From the NCBI RefSeq assembly GCF_018977255.1, contig NW_024704761.1, positions 2,356,001 through 2,420,000 on the forward strand: a DNA stretch of 64,000 nucleotides, in the 5' to 3' direction. The position numbers were made by a program, and so were the translations under genes. A model generated the notes under the pieces. It saw nothing but the letters and a program-made list of their open reading frames with translations, was not told the DNA's origin and made no database searches. Origin of the DNA: Callorhinchus milii. Taxonomy: Eukaryota. Below, piece by piece: positions 10,326-21,790 of this stretch (within the stretch, counting starts at the first letter, position 1; every line of letters begins with the position of its first letter).

Positions 10326-11775
10326 ACCCCCTCGACCTGGTGATCACTCGGGGCCTCACCGTCTCGGACCTCAGCATCATCGACAAAGCGATCTCAGACC
10401 ATCGCTTCATCTCCCTTAACTCCTCAATTCCTCTCCCCAATGGCACCCAACCCACCTCCATTTCATACTGCCCCTGGAAAAAAATCTCCCCCTCCCTCCC
10501 TTTCAGCTGCCTTGGGAGTCATCTGAACTCCTTCCCCTTTGGGCTTCCTCCCGCAATGACCTATCGTCCTCGGTCACCCTTCTCCACAGCTCCCTCCCCT
10601 CCACTCTCGATTCCCTCACTCCCTTCTCTTCCCGAACCTTCTCCTACACACGCAAATCACCTTGGTACACCAGCCATCCCCGCTCCCTTGAAGCCCAGGC
10701 ACTTTGCACTGAGCGCTCCCGCCTTAAATCAAACCTAACTGTCCACCGGCAGAGCTGGCTGGACCATGTCAAATCCTACTGCTCCGCCCTTGCCTCCACC
10801 AAATCATCGTTCTTATCCAAGACAATCTCGGAGGCTAGGACAACCCCAGACTCCTCTTCTCCATCACAAACCGAGTCCTCCGCCCACCCTCTCACGGCTC
10901 ACCCATCCTCACCTCAAATGCAAACTGCCAGGCGATGCTGGACTTCCTCGAATCCAAAGTGGAGGGAATCCGCTCAGCTGCTCTGCCACTGCAATTACTA
11001 CCCCCCTCCCATTCCAGCCCCTACCGACCCCTCCCTCCACACCTTTGAACCCGTTTCATCACCACCATAATCTGTATGAAACCCACCACCTGCTCCCTCC
11101 ACCCCATCCTAACGCCCCCCTTACCTCCCAGCTCCACCTCCTTGTCCTCTACTCACTGACATCGTAAACCTCTCCCTGTCCTCTGGTACTGTTCCCACCC
11201 CTTTAAAAATCGCTGTCATCACTCTTATCCTTAAAAAACCCTCCCTGGATCCTTCTCTACTCCCAAACTACCGCCTCATCTCCAACCCCCCCTTCCTCTC
11301 CAAGGTCCTGGAATGAGTTGTTGCTTCCCAGCTTCGCTCCTTCCTCTCCCGTCACTCCCTTCTCGAACTCCTCCAATCGGGTTTCCGTGCTGCTCACAAC
11401 ACAGAAACAGCTCTGGTCAAAGTGACAAATGACATTCGGTCCATCTGCGACCAGGACTCCCTCTCCTCCTCAGTTGAACGTCAACGAGGCCGAGGCTCTC
11501 CTGATTGGCTCCCGTGAGCACCTCCTCACCTTGGGCGCTAACAGCATCACCATCCGTGGTTGCTCAGTGCAGAACCTTGGGGTCTTGTTTGACCCTCAGC
11601 TATCCTTTCTACCCCACATCTGCGCCATGACCCGCTCTGCCGTTGCCCGGCTCCGACACTGTCTCACACCGCAGGCTGTCAAACCCCCCCATCATTACAT
11701 CGAGGCTCGACTCTGCTAACTCACTGCTTGTCGGCCTCCCCAACTCCTCCCTCCACAGGCTGCAGATCATCCTGT
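10326..11775 (+). mobile_element. Degenerate L2-clade LINE ORF2 fragment
   Basis: Endonuclease end DLVITRGL..ISDHRFI and RT-region peptides LKKPSLDPS..NYRLISN.PFLSKVLE, QSGFRAAHNTETALVKVTNDI, NLGVLFDPQLSF, SRLDSANSLL.GLP; frameshifts and an internal deletion. Confidence 0.88.
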
Positions 11776-12030
11776 GGCCCCTAGTTACGGACTCCCCAAC
11801 AAGTGAGAACAGCCTATTTATTGCTAATCTTATTGAACTCTTTTATAATTTTAGGTTCTCTTTTTAGTAAAAAAATGCCTAACCTATCTGGTCTATTCTG
11901 ATAGCAGTAACCTGCCAGCCCTAGTATCATCCTAGAAAACCTGAAACATACTCTTTCCATCAATGTTATATCCTTTTTATAGTGTGGCTCGCAGAATTGG
12001 ACACAATGCTCCAAATATGGTGGATACCAA
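11776..12030 (-). mobile_element. CR1 LINE 3' RT fragment
   Basis: PYLEHCVQF.PHYKKDITLMERV..RFSRMI.GL is typical of the CR1 ORF2 C-terminus. A related piece is at 21865-21963, and CR1-type 3' tails are at about 2045-2125, 10225-10325 and 25345-25447. Confidence 0.75.
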
Positions 12031-13157
12031 AGTTTTATACCTTGTTCTGCTGATGCCATTGGGAACAAAGATTCTTACCACTTCAATTCCAGACACACGG
12101 AAATTTCCACAGTGACGTACACATGTGGAACTCACAGTCTGGTTTGGTTACTCTTAAGCATGTCGCGGGGTTTATGCATGTGTCAGACACCCGGCTGACT
12201 AAAATAAATTGAATAAAATGTAAATCAAAATTATATTCTTGTTATGAAAGTTATTTTATTTAGAACAAAAAGATGATTGATGTTATTCTGATGTTAATGT
12301 TATTCCATACAAAGTTAAAATATCCCGTGGATACATTGTAATACAGGGTAGGAAACAGAGCAAAAAAACACTAACAACAGGCACGAAACAGATTAAATGT
12401 GCCAACTGTTTTGTATCTTTCCAAAAACAATCACAACTAATACATGAAATAAAAGCATTAGATTAAGTGAATCGCCTCTGTGTTTGTAAATAAAACCTTT
12501 AATACCATGACACCTTTTATACAAGATATATAGGTATAGTCCTCAAATATCCGGATCTAGAACATTTGAGAAAAGAATAGAATTTAAAAGCACAGCTCAG
12601 AAAGTTTATTTTCAACTGATGTTTTAAAAAAAACTATGTTTTTGAATAATAACTGGGAACACCTTATATATGACGTGCGATAGAAAAAGCTGTGATGGAA
12701 AATATTATTTGAAAACAAAGCTGAAGTTCAAAATATTATTATTACCCTTCCACTACAAATCAGATCGAACCCCACACTCTACTCACGTTCAAACACATTT
12801 CATAAAGTATTCCAGTGCAAGTGAACAAATTGAAATTCTCTAAATTTACAAGACAGAAATTCTTACATAGCAATGGGTACTTACTAACAAAGAGTTGCAG
12901 TTCATAAAACGTTGGTCATTTTCAAAAGGTAGAGGCAACGTTTACTCGGCACTTCGTAATATAGGAACAATTTCAGGCTTGAGTAGACCATTGATCCAGG
13001 CAATGATCCATCCAAGTTTACGAGTCCTCCCTCAGTGATCATTCAAAAAAGGAAAGCCCTTTGGGGACCAATGTTTCCCTATAGCTCTGCTCCTATATTA
13101 AGGAATTAATCTCATAAGCCTTTGTTGCACTTGTCGTACATCAACGGTTTGGACATG

Positions 13158-13301
13158 CTTTCATTTAGGCTCCTATCAGTAAGCTTTTCAAGGGCACTGC
13201 TGTGAAGGATCCTATTAAGTTCAAATCCATTTCCTAAGAAAAAGCGAGTGTAGATTCCCCTTTTCCTTGGAGCTACAATCTTGATTTTGATGTCGTACAA
13301 T
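13158..13301 (-). pseudogene. Relic fragment of a SAMD9-family C-terminal coding region
   Basis: Gap-free 144-bp match to 13842-13985 (about 24 mismatches by manual count). Encodes LYDIKIKIVAPRKRGIYTRFFLGNGFELNRILHSSALEKLTDRSLNE versus LYENKIKNVAPRKKRLYTPFFLGNGFGLHKFIHKSTLEKLSDRSLNE. Confidence 0.85.
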
Positions 13302-13600
13302 CTGGGGATCCAGGAAGTGGTCATACACAAATATTGTAATCTGATTCAGGTACATTCTTGGAATAACTAGAATGCATAAACATGTGATGCATAGAGAGAT
13401 ATTTGGGGCGGGCAAATTTGCCGGGCTATGAAGAGAGCGCGGGTGACTGGGACAGCTCTTTCAAGGAGCCAGCATTGACACGATGGGCTGAATGGCCTCT
13501 TTTTGTGCTGGATAATTCTATGATTCTATAACTGAAACCAACCAAAACCAAATGTAGCGAGCAATTAGAGGAAATGTAGCATAGATATGAGTTTTCCAGT

Positions 13601-16600
13601 TTAAGCTTTCACTTTGATATCATAAGCAACAAATCCATTGAATGTAAACCCCAGGCAAAAGGTTACATTCTCATTGCCATGAGGCATGGAAGCAAAATGC
13701 AATGGCAAGATACTGATCTTGCTTTGTTTGCAATGACCACGTACAAAAAGGTTTTCCTTTTCAGTCCATCCGTTTACACGCTTCAATTTCTTGATGATAT
13801 TGGGATTCCTCCACACGTCACCAGTCAGCCACTTCAATCTTCTTTCGTTTAGGCTTCTATCCGAAAGCTTTTCAAGTGTACTTTTGTGAATGAACTTGTG
13901 AAGTCCAAATCCATTTCCTAAGAAGAAGGGAGTGTAGAGTCGCTTTTTCCTTGGTGCTACATTCTTAATTTTGTTTTCGTACAATTTTTTCATTGTTGTA
14001 AGTGCTGTCTTCAAGATGGCCTCTTTATCCGAACTGGATTCTTTGTCACAGATTTCATCTGGCCAAAACAACAGTGTAAGTAAAAAGCAGGCATTTGAAT
14101 TGTTCAGCTCTTTTTCTTTCTGAAATCGCAGACTCAGGTCCCGTAATTTCCGGTAATCTACCAGTTTTGGGGACCCTGGTGCAACACAATTCAGTGTGAT
14201 ATGACACATAATGTAGTTAATAAGATCAGTTAGTTCCAGTTTTTCTTTTTGAGGATTTTCGGAATACAGGGAGATTATCTCTTCCAATTTTTGAACAGCT
14301 CGAGCAATCTTCTGATCCGACAACTGTGAAAGAATCATTGTAACATTTCCACCACCAAGCTTGTAAATTTGAAGGCGTCTTACCAACGGAGACAAAGAAC
14401 TGAATTCCTGGGGTAAGTCTTCTTCCAGTTTTGCAAAATCGCAGGCAAAGAAGCGTGCATATACTGATGCTTTTTTCGTCAACCATTTTCTAGGATTGTG
14501 CAAATGTTCTTCTATTTTGCTCTTTTCCTCTTCATCGTCGTCAGTTTTGTCTGTTTGAAAATAGCTAATATCTTCAGATATCCATTCAAGTGCTTCATAC
14601 ATTCCTTTTTGCAGGCCCTTCAATTGGCCGTGGAAGCTTCTCCAGGGTTTTTGAATTTCATCAGGAATCTCTTGGCCCAGCAGGTAATGTACTAATTTTT
14701 TGTAGCACCCATCCTCGTCTTTTGAAAAGATGTTCAGCAGAGAAAGAAGTTGCAGCAGATGACATCCAACTTCTACTTCACCTACAAAACCAGAGTTATT
14801 TATAGAATCTAACTCTGACTGAGATGCCCTTTGAGCAGCTCTGAAGCACCGAATTGCTTTTAGGGCTATTTCTATTGGTTCTTTCAGCAATTCAGGAGTA
14901 ACCACTTCACTTTGACAACGTGTTATATCAAATTTCAAAAAGAGCTTTTTTCTGTACACTTGCCCTTCAGTGTCCAGAATATACGAATTGAATGGTAACT
15001 GCTTCCTTGCATCTTCAGCCCACAGTATGGCTTCGCTAAAATTTTCCTGTGTGTATTGTAGTCTTGCAAGCTGCTGTGCAAAAAATGGATCTTTCCCAAA
15101 ACTTTCATACCCTTGTGTCAAAACTTCCACTGCCTTTTCTGGAGTTTTCTCTTTATTGCGAATATCTTCAATAAGTGGTGAAAAAAACGTATCAGCGCTG
15201 TCACCTCTACTTCTTTTGTGACGTTGTAAGAACAAGTTTCTGATGGATTTGTAGAACTCATCTCTGGCAAATCGGTGTTTGAAAAATGCCTTTTCCTGGA
15301 GAAGTTTCATCGCAATTTGACTCAGAGGCTGATGTGACAACTGCTGTAGTACTTCCTTTGCTACCAGCGGATGTACTATTCGTACAGAGCGTATCTCAGT
15401 GCTATCGTCATTGAAGTGTATAAACAAAAGACGCGCCTGGTCAGTCAAGGAAGATTCGAAACAGTGCTGGCGCAGATGATTTACTTGAGGACCAAGTCCC
15501 AAAAATGCCTCACAGTGAGATAGTGAAATGCTTGAATTGGGCACGTAGTCATTCAGCAAAGCAACGTATTTTATCAACTGAGTGGCAAGAGAAGAGTGGT
15601 CAATACCTTCCAAAAAGTGTTTCACAACATTTTCGATGTAGTCCTTCGGAAATTCGTCACTAAGTAGAACAAATGTCAGTATGAACTCCGGCTCAAACTG
15701 TTTCTCCAGTTGTTTACGTTTAGCAGAAAATGATCTCTTTTCTTGCTGAGTGAGCTTGTGGGTCACAGCAACTGTTTCCAGGGGTCTGTTCTTGCACTGT
15801 TTTTCAGGGTTATGGGATCTTCTGCAGTTCAAAAGAATGAAGAAGGTTCTCATAGTATTATCTGTTTTACATGTGATCGCAAATCCTAATTCCTGCTTAA
15901 TCTTATCAAGGTAGTCTTCATCAGAGTCTTCAACCAACAGCAGCACTGGGATACACTGATCGATATCACTTTCTTCATACTCAAGCAGTTGGATGGCATG
16001 CTGACAGACTACTGCGGCTTGATATGACTGCTTGACAACTGCACATCGCAGCTTCGTCCGAAAATTCCACACAATCTGTCGGGCTACGGTGCTTCCTCCA
16101 CTGCCTGAATGATGAAATATGTGGACTGTGCTAACTGACCGCTTCACTGTCTGACCATTGACCATAATTCCATCTACAATCCTAGCCGCATCAGTGTAAG
16201 CATCCCGCTGTATAACATCCTCACAAAAATTTTTTTCTCCTAGGAAGAAATTCAGCCACTTGACTTTGCCTCCACGATAGAAGTCACTCTCTATCTCTGT
16301 GATTTTTATTTTCCACTCAGAATCCTGTGGATCAATTTTGTAATCTTCACACTGATTCACACACAATATCTCAAGAGATGACATTCTTTCTTCATCTGAT
16401 GTTTTGAGTAAACACATGGCTTTTGTAGACACTTGTAAGTATCTGCCACTCTGCTTTGATATTGGCTGCATACTCTTGACTGTGTCATTTACATGACTAA
16501 GTTTCATTCCAACAATACTCATTTCGTTAATAGTCTCAATACTGCAGGAGACCTGTGCAAGATTTGCCCATTTTTGATGATTTTTGTCACACTCTGCAAT

Positions 16601-19338
16601 ACATATAATGTCATTTCTGCCATTCATTTCTGCATAGAATTCATGGAAGGTGTCTACTATTGGCTGCTCTATTGGTGACAACAGCAGAAAAAGCACAACA
16701 AAAGAACCATTTGGCAGAATATCATTGCAAATCACAGACACTGTTCTTTTCAAGTGCTTCTTTCTGCTCGTCACCCATGTACTCACATCACATGGCTTTT
16801 CATCCCCATCAAAATCATTGCGGCCATTGCAAAATATCCAACTAGTTTGATCAAATAAGCACAAGCGACTTGCGAAGTCACTGGTGCTGTTACCATCATT
16901 AGCATAGTCTTGTAAGAAGTGAGTATTTGCTGTATGGTGTTCCAGGTATTGCTTGCAAAAGCCATCGGTTTTAGAATCAGGATCAAAGTCAAAAACACAA
17001 AATATCTTAATGTCCAACAAGAAATCTAAATTCTCTAAATCCTCTGGTCTGCATTTGTTAGTGACTATTACATACCATAGGCTGTTATTCATGTATTTCT
17101 TGCCACCAGTTAGAAGGAGTTTTAACTTTCTTCCTTGGTCGTCACAAAGGTTATTCCCGGGCTCTTTTCTATTCTCAGCTTCTTCTCTTATTTTGTCTCT
17201 AACCTGCACATTTGAAATAAAGTCATCCTGGTCTTCTTCACTGATTGGCTCAGTGTTCGCTCCACTTCTTCTGTAGATTCTGTAGAGCTTATCAAATTCT
17301 ATTTTGTTTTTGTTTTCACTAAAATTTGGAAGTCGAACTCTGTAAATTTTGTTCCTCACAATGTCTATTAACGGTTTCACATCAACCTCAATAACAAATC
17401 TTTTCTCACCCCCATCCCTGCTGATGACTTCTACAAATCTGGGTGGTCGAATGGAAAGTTTTGCATCGTCTGAATAACGCTTGAAGCATCTGTCTATCAA
17501 ATCTAAAGCATCGACATAGATGTCTTGATCTTTTACAGGTACACCAATTATTTCACCATGTGTGTACGCCGAGCTTTCTTGCCTATCCATGATCCCAAAA
17601 TGTATTGTACCATTGGTTCGCATATTCATGCACCCAGAACTAAATCTGATAACTTCACGTGCAAACTTTATTTGTAGTTTTAGTCTGTCCAGCTTTACAG
17701 CGTTGTCAAGAGATTTATATTCATGACACGGACAAATTAAATCTATGACACCAGTTTCTGGTGGAAGAACTCGGTTTCTTACGTACTTAAATTCTATAAT
17801 GTTCTCGCCAAATGGATAAGGTTTGCACTGACTGGAGGATGGATGTTCCACCACAATATTTTGGTCCTCACTCGTACCAGTAGGCTGTGAAGCAGCAGAA
17901 CTCTCAGCTTCATCTGATGCTAACTCAGTGATGTTGTGCTTGCTTTTCACTTCGCTGACTATATTCTTTGTCTGGGGCATCTGAGTAGGAACCTTTTGCT
18001 GCTTGTTTTGTACTGAGGAAAAGTCTCCTCCATCCTTTCCTTCCCTTTTGCTACAATCAGCTATTTCTAATCTCTGACTGTTCAACAGTATATTTCTTCT
18101 TTTCAAAATCAGCTTGATTTGACCTCCTTTTAATTGCAGGTTTTTAAGAAAGTCTTCGTCAATCACTTCAAGCACAGCTCCAGTTACTTCTTCCTCGTAC
18201 AATACCTGGACGTGTGCATCTTTGATCCCAATACATTTTAACCAGGTTTTCACATGATCTTCATTCCATTCCTGCAAACGCAGCTTGTTTAACTCTTCTA
18301 AACAATAATTAAAACCAGAAACAGTCTGAGTGAAAACGTTTGGTGCAGTTTTTAATACAGTCACACTATATTAATAATAATACATCTTTCATTTTGATTG
18401 CAATTGTGCCACCTCCACACCCCCCCCACCCGCTGAAGGTGCTGATTCATTTTCTTTTGGTCAGCCAGGTATCTGACATGTGCAGAAACTCATGATGATG
18501 AGCCAGGCTGGGCTGTGCTGAGCGATGCCCTGGATTACTGCGGACCTGCCTGGCTCAGGAATTGGACCAGAGCCTGCACAGAGGATGGAACTCGGCTCCA
18601 ATAATCCATTGTCAATCACATCAACTTGGAGCCAGTTCTCCCTTCTCCCAAGGGAGAACTTATCCCCCACACCCTGGAAGATAGTCTCCGGTTTTCCTTT
18701 GGAGACATCTGACAAACGTGGGTTTGGGCCCTCACTAGGTGAACGGCAGATACCGGGAACGCCCTGTGAGCTTCCTGGTGGGCAACACAGCTCAGGATGG
18801 AATGCTGAATCCATGCTACGATGCTAGGGGTGTTTGATGGATATATCCATTTCAAGAGGCCATCCTGCATATGTGACCATAAACAGGGAGTATTGACAGC
18901 AAGAGTATTAACTAAAATCATCAAACAGGTTGCCAAGAAGGTGTGTCAGTTGTCTCAATGTGCTTTTAAAAGGTCATAAACAACTGCATTTATTTGAGGT
19001 AATTAGTGATGATGGATCTTGCTCTGGGCGTGCTGAATAAATAGATTATTATAATAATTCTTGCAATTAATATTGTGTCTTGTCACATTGTCCAGATGTT
19101 TCAAAGCCCTTCACAAGGTTTTACTGTGCAATGTGGTGACTGGTATTACATTCAAACTTAACATTTCATGTGGCCTTTTTGTCACAGAGCGGCTTCACAG
19201 GTCAGTTGAGAAAAAAACATTGACAAGTACAGGAGGTAACTAACACACTTTACAGTTTGTACTTTTTAAAATGTGTTTAGTAAATAAATATTTGATTTTA
19301 ACTCTTTAAACTGACTCGCTGTTCAGATACCTACCCAT
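13601..19338 (-). CDS. SAMD9L: Full-length SAMD9/SAMD9L-family protein (SAM, AlbA_2, SIR2-like, STAND NTPase, TPR, OB), about 1566 aa; coding parts 19335-19338 and 13601-18297
   Basis: 1587-codon ORF with SAM domain (EWNEDHVKTWL..LYEEEVTGAVL), AlbA motifs (PETG, CHEYK, GCMNMRTNGTIHFG), HHSGSGGSTVAR, VLLLVED, RIVHPLVA and NVTFCLGFTFNGFVAYDI. Exon 19335-19401 ends ATG-G/gtaggt and splices to tttag/AA at 18297, giving MEELNKLRL. SAMD9 versus SAMD9L orthology cannot be assigned because that split is mammalian. Confidence 0.93.
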
Positions 19339-19806
19339 TGTTGTTCCTGGAGATGTTAGATCTGTCAACGGTGATGCAACGTGCAGTTCAATTTCTATGA
19401 TCTGGGGCAGAAAAACAAATTCGTGAAAGATTTTTTTTAAACATTGAGTTCTTTATAAATCATCAATCGACTGCTAAAAGTAGTGTGACAGTGATTTAGC
19501 AAATTGTCCTTCAACCTCCGAGAGGTAGGTTTGACTCCAGCTCATACTGATAGAATGAAAAATCTGAATTTAGAGTCAATTGGACATGGTACACACAACA
19601 CAGAACACCTGGAAAGCTGAACATTTCACTCTCAGTTGTTGACTGTGGAAGAGCTGACATTGGCACAATTTGAATGCTCTTGAGGCTGAGGTGTAGTCAA
19701 CTCCTGATCACTTGATTTTGGCTTAACTTGTCACTCTCACTTAAATCATCGTGTTGCATGCATCCCAGTTGCATTTTATTTACAGAGCATATGTTATTTA
19801 TTTTAT

Positions 19807-21275
19807 TTACACAGCATATTCGTTTCCTGCTGCTTCTGATAGCTCGTCACTGAGCCCCTTTCCCCTGGAGTGACAAGTTATCAGCAGTTTACTGTACATT
19901 ATAAGGGAAGGGCGAATGTTAGTTTTTTTTGGCATCACAGGTTTACAACAGATTACTAAGTAAGATGCCCGTCTTAATAAGTCAGTGATCGGTGAAAACA
20001 GGGAGGAAGAATGAAGGGGGGGGGGGGGGGGGGGGGAGAGGGAGAGAGAAAAAAGGTGTAGATAGATCTCGATAAGGAAACACAAGGTGAATGGACTTTC
20101 AATATCCGGCAATAAAGTAATAACGTAATAAAGTAATAACAATGTTTGCATTTGATATAATAATGATAATAATGATAATAATGATAATAATAATGCTTTG
20201 CCTGTCATGTCTCCAAGAAGGTGACTGCAAACCTTTTCTCTGACACTGATATTGCTCAACATGTCCTTACATCCACCCTTCTTTGTTACATACTTTTTGA
20301 GGCCACAGTCCACCATCTGTGATAAGATTGTGCAATTCTTTGCTGATCCGTTGCCCAAACTTGAGATCCAAGAGGGCCTTCGATCTCCTCTCTGGTTCCT
20401 CCCCAATGGTTTCCGATGACTTTCCGGAGGGTCCCACAACATCAATAACTCGCAATGGCACAGAGCCCCTCTCACACCCGAAGGTCACGTCCCACAGCAC
20501 TCGGCAGTGATTGTAACACTCACCGATGTTGGCGGCGGCTTAGATACTGCGCTTCAGTATCAGCCGAAAGGGAATGTGTGTTCCTCCTCCGAAATAAAAA
20601 TCCTTTTTTAGCACATTTTGAAGTCAAAGAAGCACTCGAGACACTCCGCGTACTTCTCTTCACCTGAGTCCGATTTACCCAAACGCAGGCATTACATTGT
20701 AAAATAAGTGTATAACGGTTTGATTCAGGAAAGGAGGTTACACCAGTGTCGGTCAGACCCCCACAACAGGGAATAAATAAATACAATCCCCCCCCGAACT
20801 GGTTATAGAAGGCAAACCTCTCGCTTTCTTCAGCTCAGCCCTCACCGACTGCAGAATCCAAAGCAGATTCTGCACTTCGTGGCGTCGCTAAAAATATAAA
20901 GCGGAAACATTAACAAAAGAGAAACTACTGCAGTTGGTGGTGACGCCCAGAAATGGTAAAACCCAACACTCAATCTGCAGATAAAGATCCGTGATTCACG
21001 AGCAAAGGCTGAAGAAGCTCCTTCTGGCTGTTTGAGCTCTTCTTTCCAGAACACCCATCTCCATATTACACATCAAACTGCTGGTTCAGTGGGTCCGGGA
21101 TCACCACCACAGCCCTCAGAACCAGTTGGAGCCATTAATTATCTTCAGTGAAAACAAACACCTCCTCCTACAATTGCCTTTCTTCACTGCTTTGGACACA
21201 TCTGAAATGGCTGCCCTGGGTTACTTCCTCAATCTCATTTAGCCGTTACCAGAGCCGTATAATGTTTCCTCTGAC
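19807..21275 (-). pseudogene. Decayed multi-exon gene of unidentified family
   Basis: Exon-like blocks with splice signals: about 20819-20888, 20271-20663 and terminal 19807-19864. Donor TGG AT/gtaagg (20271) is in phase with ctccag/G GGA AAG (19864), giving ..KEGWM-GKGLSDELSEAAGNEYAV* followed directly by AATAAA. The long frame is broken by isolated stops. Confidence 0.4.
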
Positions 21276-21304
21276 ACACCGACACACCAATGATAAACTC
21301 GATC

Positions 21305-21790
21305 AAGCATTTCATTTACAAATTCCATTTTATAGGGCTTTCACAGGGGTAGTGCCCTCTAAGGCACAAGGAGGGGGGTGGGTGGGTGGGTGGTGGGGGG
21401 AATGGGACCGAAGACATGGTCTGGGAGGAAAGCCTTCAGGTGTGATTTGAAGATGAGTAGCGAGAGGGCAAGACGGAGGAATTGAGGCAGGGAGTCCCAG
21501 AGCTTCGTGGGTTATTGGCTGAAAGCACGGCTGCCAACCGGTGGAGCGGAGGGGACGAGGAACACGCAGAAGGCCCAAGCCAGCTGAGCTCAGACGGCAG
21601 GTTGCGGAGGGTGGGAGAGCTAGAGAGGTGCCAGGGCATGAAGTTATTTGAAAGCGAGAGTCAAGATCTCGAAATCGATCCGTTCTGCAACAGGGAGCCA
21701 GTGGAGCCTGACAAGGACGAGGGTGACCGAGGTATAGATTCTGGTATGGACGAGGACATGGGCAGCAGAGTTTTGAATCATCAGAATCTT
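21305..21790 (-). mobile_element. L2 LINE 3' fragment
   Basis: Same family as 63320-63660; similar pieces at about 920-1070 (+), 27760-27990 (-), 28290-28600 (-) and 34800-35140 (-). Confidence 0.7.

Noticed and set aside
18298-18364. N-terminal 22 codons of the 1587-aa ORF
   Set aside because: GTG start inside an intron; a spliced ATG-G exon explains the start better.
18455-18940. Possible Harbinger transposase remnant in the SAMD9 intron (PGSS, GDK..WL words)
   Set aside because: Similarity too weak to support without a profile search.
19807-20475. 222-aa ORF as a single-exon gene
   Set aside because: It crosses (aat)n and poly-G tracts of a probable intron; only the last 18 codons fit the spliced model.
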